Source: a virus
Strand: one strand, 5' to 3'
IMG/VR virus record: IMGVR_UViG_3300003690_002850
Span: 1-64,000 of that record
Length of the DNA: 64,000 nt
Shown here: piece by piece, positions 57,512-64,000 of the stretch
How the letters are laid out: each line of letters begins with the position of its first letter
Position numbering within the stretch: the first letter of the stretch is position 1
Program-made: the position numbers and the translations under genes
The notes under the pieces: model-generated
Database searches by the model: none
What the model saw: only the letters and a program-made list of their open reading frames with translations
Told to the model about the DNA's origin: nothing

Positions 57512-58188
57512 GGTTTTAATGTGTTAAATACCTTATCAATATATTCTTGCGTTCTATAATTCCACCAATGATGATGAGCAAAGCTATCGCGAATATTTGA
57601 TTCTGAAGATTGTACGTTAGATACTACTCCTTCACTTAATTTTCCATCAATATTTTGTCTTATATTTGGATATTCAAAATACAAATGTTTTATCATTTCT
57701 TGATCGTCAGCGCTTTTTTGAGATCGCGGAAATTCAGATATTGTTGTTGGTTTTAAAAGAGTGCATGTGTTAAAGAATCCTCTACTAAATATTGTATTTT
57801 TTATAATCATAAACCCAGTGCATAGCCCGTGAGAATCTGATGATATAGTTATATCTTTATGTATTAAATTTTTAGATTCATCGAATATATTATAAGTAGG
57901 GTCTTTGATGACAATATCAATATCAGAATATATAATATATTTGTAATTATACCCGTACCGTGTCCACGGCCCAGGGTCCGAAAATTCTAGTTGGTTTGTG
58001 ATAAGACTTAGTTTTCGAAGACGGCATATATTTGGATCTATATCATCGATTAAAATATGTTTATATTCGTAGTTATTAGCTATAGCATACTTTTTAAAAT
58101 ACGGCTCAGTATGTTTATATAAATCATGATATATTGATTCAGCGGCTGAATCGCGATATGTCATAAGTAATATACTTTTATCTTTCAT
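57508..58188 (-). CDS. Glycosyltransferase (GT34 / GMA12-MNN10-like)
   Basis: KYAIANNYEY, YSDIDI (DxD), GLCTGFMIIKN, DQE motifs. Confidence 0.7.
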   Translation of the reverse strand: MKDKSILLMTYRDSAAESIYHDLYKHTEPYFKKYAIANNYEYKHILIDDIDPNICRLRKLSLITNQLEFSDPGPWTRYGYNYKYIIYSDIDIVIKDPTYNIFDESKNLIHKDITISSDSHGLCTGFMIIKNTIFSRGFFNTCTLLKPTTISEFPRSQKSADDQEMIKHLYFEYPNIRQNIDGKLSEGVVSNVQSSESNIRDSFAHHHWWNYRTQEYIDKVFNTLKP

Positions 58189-59036
58189 CCGCTAATTCTT
58201 TAGTAAAGTATGTTTCTTTTTCGCTCAATATTCTCATTAACGCATCTCGCTCCTGTGGCATATCTAATCCGTATACTTTTAATTTATCTGTTGATAGAAT
58301 ACAATTAGATCTGTCCATGTTTATCTAAGATTTCACAAACTTGTTTTGTTGTGAGGGGCTCAGGATTTACGCAATTATAAATACCACTGGGTAAATCTTC
58401 AATGGTAATAATTTTATTGATTACAACAAGCAAATCTTCAATAATAGTTTTAGAGTTTAATCCATCGAGAATATTATTATATTTTAAGATCTTACTTAAA
58501 TAATTTTTCCGAGAGTTAAAGTCATTACAAACAGGCATTCTTATACGTAAAGTATAAACATTATTAAAGTTCTTTAAACATAATTCTGCTGCATGTTTTG
58601 TTTTACTATACCAACTACTATCAGGATTAGTTAATCCAAAATTTGGTTCATCTTCTTCTGTGTAATGTACATCTTCGGGACCGTCATATATACAGCCAGA
58701 GCTTACGTTAATAATTTTTATATTATGTTGGTCACAAAATTGAGCTAAAATAGTAGGGAATGTTACATTTAAGTCCCAGCAAATTTGCTTATTTTCCTCA
58801 CAGGCATCCACATTAGGAGCACCAGTGTACCCAACACAGTTTATTATCCATTTAGCTTGTGAGCCGCGAAACTCGGATATTAAATTACTAAATAATGTTT
58901 CTTTTAATTTTTCGGGCGCAGTATATGGATAGTTTGATAAATGAACTACGTCATATATATTTTCTAAGTTTTCGAGAAAATGCTTATAAGCTTTTTTCCC
59001 AATATACCCATTACCTAAAACAACTATTTTATTCAT
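58178..59036 (-). CDS. NDP-4-keto-6-deoxyhexose reductase (RmlD-like, NRS/ER type), frame break at ~58313
   Basis: GNGYIG, GYTGAPNVDACE, SSGCIY, EEDEPNF, YSKTK, LRIRMP; second frame RSNCILSTDKL... to stop at 58178. Confidence 0.8.
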
Positions 59037-59343
59037 CTGTATTCTTTTGTTCTTGTATGTCGCTGAAGAAATCTATACTACTTACTCGTCTTAATAATGT
59101 CTCTATAGCGTCATAATCTTGAGGGGTCTTACCTGAAACAATTACAACGCTTTCTCCTTTAAGGTCATATCCAAGTAGTATAAATGATTTTAAATGCTCT
59201 GCTAAATAATCGTTAATAAACGACATATCTTGTTCTTCCATTGAATCGACATTATCAACGGCATTAATACTAGACTTTAATAAGTTATCAAAATTCCTAG
59301 GTTTGGGCATTTGTCTTTTCATTAGGTGTAATATTCTTTTCAA
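59029..59343 (-). CDS. Hypothetical protein
   Basis: LAEHLKSFILLGYD motif; operon context. Confidence 0.6.
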   Translation of the reverse strand: MKRILHLMKRQMPKPRNFDNLLKSSINAVDNVDSMEEQDMSFINDYLAEHLKSFILLGYDLKGESVVIVSGKTPQDYDAIETLLRRVSSIDFFSDIQEQKNTDE

Positions 59344-59611
59344 TTAATTTAGTCATGATAACTTCCATGCTGTCAGTTTTTAATTGATAGCTCTTAAAGT
59401 GACTACCGTCATTTAGTTCAAATTTAAAATCTCCACTCCAATCATAATTAACATAACACGTTATATATAAGGCATTTTGTTCTGGATTAATCATTATGGT
59501 CCATCGCCGAGGATCATTTGATGTATAATCTGAGAAAATTCTATTTACTGTATATCCGTTATCTCTTAAACGTTTAATAAAATACCCGCATGTCGTGACT
59601 TTATTTTTCAT
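59297..59611 (-). CDS. Hypothetical protein
   Basis: GYFIKRLRDNGY...DPRRWT; coupled to the clamp gene. Confidence 0.65.
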   Translation of the reverse strand: MKNKVTTCGYFIKRLRDNGYTVNRIFSDYTSNDPRRWTIMINPEQNALYITCYVNYDWSGDFKFELNDGSHFKSYQLKTDSMEVIMTKLIEKNITPNEKTNAQT

Positions 59612-60342
59612 TAGTTTTTATAACTCGTACTAACAAATGTAAGTTTGATATTATCAATATTAAGTTTAAGCATAAGCATTTTATATTGGTTATTTATATT
59701 AATAATTGCCTCATTAAAATTTAATATAGAAATAAGCCTAAACAACTCAATATCTAAGATTAATTCATAATCTAAAGCTTCTCCATCATATTCATCTGCT
59801 AATAAAGTTGTATAACTATCTACGTTTTGTAGTTTTTTATCTGATAACTCAGCATATACATTTGTGTTTTCGGTTTTAATATATATTTTACTAGATTCAG
59901 TTACAAACGGGAGTGCTTTTAAGATTGCACTATTTTTTTCTTTTGTAAGTTTAAAGTTAGTGTTAAATGTAATATCATCAATTTTATTAAAATCAAATGC
60001 AGTGTCTTTAGTTATACTACTATCAAATAAATGATATGTAAATCGAGTAACATCACTATTATATTTTATACAATTTTTTTCTATTTCAAGATGTAAATCG
60101 TTTTCGTCTAAGCACGATAAAATCTTAATTAATTTTATTGTATCAGGTAAGCATATAGTACATTCTTCTGGTTGATCGCCCCAACTGATCTTATATTCTG
60201 CTTTAAGAAAAATATTAGAATTATTATGAACTATAGTAGATATAGTATCGTGTACATCTAATGTCGCAGATGAATTTAATCTCGATATTGGATTAAGAAA
60301 ATTTTGAATAAAATTATCTTTATTCTTTATTGGTAGAATCAT
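59611..60342 (-). CDS. gp45: Sliding clamp (gp45-like)
   Basis: 243 aa alpha/beta pattern and size of a clamp; replication operon; cognate loader present in window. Confidence 0.6.
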   Translation of the reverse strand: MILPIKNKDNFIQNFLNPISRLNSSATLDVHDTISTIVHNNSNIFLKAEYKISWGDQPEECTICLPDTIKLIKILSCLDENDLHLEIEKNCIKYNSDVTRFTYHLFDSSITKDTAFDFNKIDDITFNTNFKLTKEKNSAILKALPFVTESSKIYIKTENTNVYAELSDKKLQNVDSYTTLLADEYDGEALDYELILDIELFRLISILNFNEAIININNQYKMLMLKLNIDNIKLTFVSTSYKN

Positions 60343-60703
60343 TATTTTCGTTTAATTTGATTCGTATATTAATTTCTTTTGCGTTTTTTGCAACTCTTCG
60401 TTCAATTAAAGTTATAAGTTTAGTAAATTGTTTCTCAACGCCAGAGACCCGCTCTATTAAACTATTCAATAGAGCAGGATCTCCCGTGATTTGCGGTTGA
60501 GGAGCAACTGGTTGTTGATATAGCTGCTGCTGCTGTTGTTGTGGTGGTGGCGTCGGTTGTTGTTGTTGCTCTTTTTTATATATGTCCTTATTTACAGGGA
60601 TATCTTGCATTGTTGCGCTTTTTTGAATAATATCTTTATTCAAGTTCTTTGCTTGGTCATTCATTTGATGAATGAACATTTTTACTGCGACATCTTCGTT
60701 CAT
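60320..60703 (-). CDS. Gln/Pro-rich hypothetical protein
   Basis: QQQQPTPPPQQQQQQ tract. Confidence 0.6.
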   Translation of the reverse strand: MNEDVAVKMFIHQMNDQAKNLNKDIIQKSATMQDIPVNKDIYKKEQQQQPTPPPQQQQQQLYQQPVAPQPQITGDPALLNSLIERVSGVEKQFTKLITLIERRVAKNAKEINIRIKLNENNDSTNKE

Positions 60704-60706
60704 TTT

Positions 60707-61567
60707 TTATTCCAAAGTATCAAGCAATTCTTTAACTTTATCATCAGAAATAGGAGGTGAATCAGAATCGGTTTTTGATTTAGAATCTAAATCATCAAAA
60801 GGTAAATCATCTTCTTCAGGTGGAGTGCTTGTGGGTTGTTTCGGTGTAGTTTCTGCTACAGCCTCTTCTGTAACACCATGATAATGTTCATTGAGCATTG
60901 TCTGTAGCTCGTCATAACTCTTAACAGGAAAAACATTTTCTAAATCAAACGTTTGTTCGTAAACATCTTTAATAGTACTAGTTGTTACTCCTGAGATTTC
61001 AGAAGGCATAGCAAAACGAGAACTTACATATGTCGGATACCCGCCTTGCTCTTCAACTTTGACTCGAAAATTACAACCTTCTTTTGAGAGGTCAAAGATC
61101 CTTTCACCGAATTCTTCTGCATCTTCTCCTTCCATTGCCTCCATAACAATTTTATGTAATTGACGACCAAATCTAAGAATTTTCACTTTACCTTCATTTT
61201 CTGGATTATCAGGGTCTTTTACTACGTAAACATTAACAAGCCAATTTTCCTTACGATTTAAAGCTTTTGCCTTTTCTTTTTCTTCTTCAGAACCAGTACG
61301 AGAGAGTCTATATCGAGCCTCTGCAATAGGATCTCTTTCTCCCCATGTCTGTGGACTAATCGAACTTTGAAATTGTCCTGTCATTTCACTCACCCAGCCA
61401 TGTGAGTAATAATGAAAAAACGTTTTACTAGGATCTTTTACAAACGGTACAAGCCGTAATATATACGTATTACTTGGCTTTAGTCGCATAATATTACTAG
61501 TTGAAGTTTGTTGCGCGGTCTGAGCCATCGCTCCTCTAATTGATTCAAACATATTCTTCGTTGTCAT
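60707..61567 (-). CDS. gp32: Single-stranded DNA-binding protein (gp32-like)
   Basis: HYYSHG, DPI, VNVYVVKDPDNPENEGKV, FDLSKEGCNF, YPTYVSSRF, acidic tail. Confidence 0.9.
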   Translation of the reverse strand: MTTKNMFESIRGAMAQTAQQTSTSNIMRLKPSNTYILRLVPFVKDPSKTFFHYYSHGWVSEMTGQFQSSISPQTWGERDPIAEARYRLSRTGSEEEKEKAKALNRKENWLVNVYVVKDPDNPENEGKVKILRFGRQLHKIVMEAMEGEDAEEFGERIFDLSKEGCNFRVKVEEQGGYPTYVSSRFAMPSEISGVTTSTIKDVYEQTFDLENVFPVKSYDELQTMLNEHYHGVTEEAVAETTPKQPTSTPPEEDDLPFDDLDSKSKTDSDSPPISDDKVKELLDTLE

Positions 61568-62205
61568 TTTGTTTTTAGTATTTTATTTATAGTATTCGTT
61601 AATTTTATTCCCAAAGGTTTCATTTTTTTCGAAAATGTATATTTCGATCTCAAACTACTTAAAGTATTATAAAAGCTTCCACATACAAATTCAACTATAT
61701 TTTTTTCTAGCTTAATATTTTTTTCTGATACATCAAGAGACAATAAGGAATAATAATTAATATCATTATTTTTTAGATCTAGAATAAAATTAGGATATAT
61801 TCCTGACTGTATGTCGAGATATTGGTCACAACTTGTTAAATTGTGCTCAATACACATATCATAGATAAATTTAAAGCTATTTCTTAATCTAGTAATATTA
61901 AATTCATGATCAGGTTTTGTTAATTCTATATCCGTTGTGTATTTTTTATATGTAGAAATAGCGTTAAATGTACTATAAAAATCAAGCGGTACATATTTTT
62001 CTGAATATAATTTATATGGTGCATTAAAAAATATAATTGGATCTATTTTTTTATTTTTTAAAGTGTTTGATATTTTCTTAAGTAAAACGTATTTTGTATC
62101 GTCTAGTTTGTTAAAATCTTTTCGAGGGGTAAATCCTTTTTTATTTCTAGAAGTTTTAAGATATATATTATATATATTTTTCTCAAATATCGATAATTTA
62201 TTCAT
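61564..62205 (-). CDS. Possible helicase loader (gp59-like, by synteny and size)
   Basis: Basic 213-aa protein directly upstream of gp32, as T4 gene 59; RKDFNKL motif. Confidence 0.4.
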   Translation of the reverse strand: MNKLSIFEKNIYNIYLKTSRNKKGFTPRKDFNKLDDTKYVLLKKISNTLKNKKIDPIIFFNAPYKLYSEKYVPLDFYSTFNAISTYKKYTTDIELTKPDHEFNITRLRNSFKFIYDMCIEHNLTSCDQYLDIQSGIYPNFILDLKNNDINYYSLLSLDVSEKNIKLEKNIVEFVCGSFYNTLSSLRSKYTFSKKMKPLGIKLTNTINKILKTK

Positions 62206-62477
62206 AAATCTATAGAATTTTTCTTAAGATATTTAGTTATATATTTACTTTTATATAGATAAGGATCATGTTGTAAAAATAATTTAACTAATTCAAAATT
62301 ACTATCTAATAATAACGATCTTTTAAATAATTCTCTGTATTTCTCTTCTTTAAGAATTAATAAGAATACATTTGCGAGATTAATTTTTCTATTTTCGCAA
62401 ATAGAAATAAAACTACATAACGTTAAAAAGACATGTATCATATCTTTTCGCTCTAAGATTGTATATGGACTATCCAT
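62202..62477 (-). CDS. Hypothetical protein
   Basis: 91-aa coupled ORF. Confidence 0.6.
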   Translation of the reverse strand: MDSPYTILERKDMIHVFLTLCSFISICENRKINLANVFLLILKEEKYRELFKRSLLLDSNFELVKLFLQHDPYLYKSKYITKYLKKNSIDL

Positions 62478-63366
62478 TTAATGGTTCAAATTGTTTACTT
62501 AATGCTAATACATTGTCGTTTAAGATACCTCCAGCAGCATATTCGTGCCCACCTCCATCACATATTTTTTTTGCGAACTTACTTAAATTAAAATCAATAT
62601 TTCTATTTCTACGTAGATATACTCTGTTATTTTTTAGATTAATCATCATACATACATCACATGCATGATTATCAATTATAAATTGACCTAAATCATTAAT
62701 ATACTCGCTTGCAAATGTACTAATAAAATTGTATTGTTTCCCTGCTATGGAAAGTGTCGCCTTAAACAAGTCTATATTTTCTCTTAGTTTTTTAAATTTG
62801 TAAAAATGATAGCTAATTATTTTATTTTGTTCATTTGTGAATCCAAAGAACCCATTTTCGAAATCATTAATAAAATTTTGCAGTTTGTCACCGTTTGTAT
62901 ACCAGAGGTAAAAGTTTAATTTATTACTTTCCGGGTATTTTAATTCATAACAATCATAATCATCCGCAAACATTATTAATTTTTTTTGTTCTTTAGTTAA
63001 GTTAATATTTGGATATATATGATTTAATATTTGATAAATGTGCTTACTACATGATGTTTGCTCTGTATTGATAAATGTTTTTGCCCGTGAGTATTCATCT
63101 TCATGTGATTTGTGATGATCAAAAATAATTACATTCTCTTTATCGATTAAGTCTTTAATTTCTGTAGTGTCTAAATCAAAGAAATACACTCTTTTATAAT
63201 CTTCAATTTTATTGTAGTTAAGCCATCCTAATAGTTTTTCACGGATATTAGAAACCTTTAATGTAACAGCTTTTGGTTTAGTTTGCTTAAACCACGTATA
63301 AATTAAATAACTACAGCAACCATCAAGATCTAAGTCGGTAAAGATTATTTCGTCTTTATTTATCAT
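62470..63366 (-). CDS. DHH-family phosphoesterase
   Basis: DLDLDG, FFD, FDHH, GGGHEYAAG. Confidence 0.9.
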   Translation of the reverse strand: MINKDEIIFTDLDLDGCCSYLIYTWFKQTKPKAVTLKVSNIREKLLGWLNYNKIEDYKRVYFFDLDTTEIKDLIDKENVIIFDHHKSHEDEYSRAKTFINTEQTSCSKHIYQILNHIYPNINLTKEQKKLIMFADDYDCYELKYPESNKLNFYLWYTNGDKLQNFINDFENGFFGFTNEQNKIISYHFYKFKKLRENIDLFKATLSIAGKQYNFISTFASEYINDLGQFIIDNHACDVCMMINLKNNRVYLRRNRNIDFNLSKFAKKICDGGGHEYAAGGILNDNVLALSKQFEPLNG

Positions 63367-63523
63367 TTGTTTCTTTTTCTGTTAAAATATTGCCATAATG
63401 AGGCCAACCATAAACTTCTGGATCTTCTCCTAAATATCGCCAGCGTATTACGTTAGTATCAGGATTGCGTTCATATATTTTAGGTCGTGTTGATTTTTTA
63501 TTGATATCTTTGGATGTTGTCAT
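63356..63523 (-). CDS. Small hypothetical protein (55 aa), not in the ORF track
   Basis: MTTSKDINKKSTRPKIYERNPDTNVIRWRYLGEDPEVYGWPHYGNILTEKETNDK* fills the gap and overlaps the DHH start. Confidence 0.55.
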   Translation of the reverse strand: MTTSKDINKKSTRPKIYERNPDTNVIRWRYLGEDPEVYGWPHYGNILTEKETNDK

Positions 63524-63525
63524 AA

Positions 63526-63999
63526 TTATCCTTTGTAATTAATTCTTAAAGCCCAAAAACAAGCAGAATCTATTGATTGTTTTTTCATATCTCCTTTAAT
63601 CGATTTTTTTAATCGGTCGTTATATTTATCTGGGTGTGTTTTTCTTTTGTCGGGGTGCCCAAACATTGATTGTGTAATATATTTAAAATGAAGATTATTA
63701 CAATCTTCACCGCAAAGCCCGAAGATTTTAATATCACAAAAATCTTTAAATAGATTTATTATTTTATTAAGAGCATTTTGACCGTATTGTCTATAACCGT
63801 GAGTTAGATATAGTCTAAGACTTTCCGGTGCTGGTACTAAATGTACTTGAGTAACAGGTTTTTTGTTTTTTAAAATATATTCTTTTATTTGTGTAAAAAT
63901 TTCTAAATCATATTTTATATGTTCTAACGCAGATTGAGACATAAAGAAATTTATTTTTTCTGGGAAAAATGATTTTAAATTATCGATATTTTTATCAAT
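63526..63999 (-). CDS. Hypothetical protein, 5'-truncated by the window edge
   Basis: Frame stays open upstream of 63942 to the end of the window. Confidence 0.55.
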   Translation of the reverse strand: MDKNIDNLKSFFPEKINFFMSQSALEHIKYDLEIFTQIKEYILKNKKPVTQVHLVPAPESLRLYLTHGYRQYGQNALNKIINLFKDFCDIKIFGLCGEDCNNLHFKYITQSMFGHPDKRKTHPDKYNDRLKKSIKGDMKKQSIDSACFWALRINYKG

Positions 64000-64000
64000 G

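Noticed and set aside
62202-62477. gp33 late co-activator by T4 synteny (33-59-32)
   Set aside because: Position and size fit, but I recognise no sequence motif.
602-62668. Numerous antisense or alternate-frame ORFs in the track (e.g. 602..916, 2845..3303, 21668..22165, 50401..50976)
   Set aside because: They overlap well-supported genes, lack promoters and motifs, and have shadow-frame composition.

Overview
This AT-rich window is part of a large T4-like myovirus (jumbo-type) genome, not a cellular chromosome. 1-15 kb (+ strand) is an accessory region: an array of putative internal-head proteins sharing a conserved N-terminal leader (MKD/MRD-x-DA-x-LMMEA), interleaved with sigma70-driven early cassettes, a non-canonical tRNA-Cys, an ArfA-like small protein and a DUF932 gene. 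15-50 kb (mostly - strand) is the tail/baseplate module (gp6, gp25, gp53, gp19 tube, gp18 sheath, gp3-like, lectin/PKD structural proteins) plus clamp loader, dUTPase, TerS-like, rmlA, a ferredoxin and large terminase. 50-64 kb holds head/neck genes, primase, RNase H-like exonuclease, a rhamnose-synthesis/glycosyltransferase cluster, sliding clamp, gp32 SSB and a DHH phosphoesterase. Expression signals are a TAAATA late-promoter core or TATAAT box only 3-11 nt before start codons (leaderless-type), including palindromic bidirectional promoters. At least six genes, some essential, are broken at points where short stretches appear to be missing, often a conserved motif; collapsed assembly gaps are the most likely cause, but this needs raw-read checking. 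All product calls come from motif recognition and synteny only; no database searches were run.
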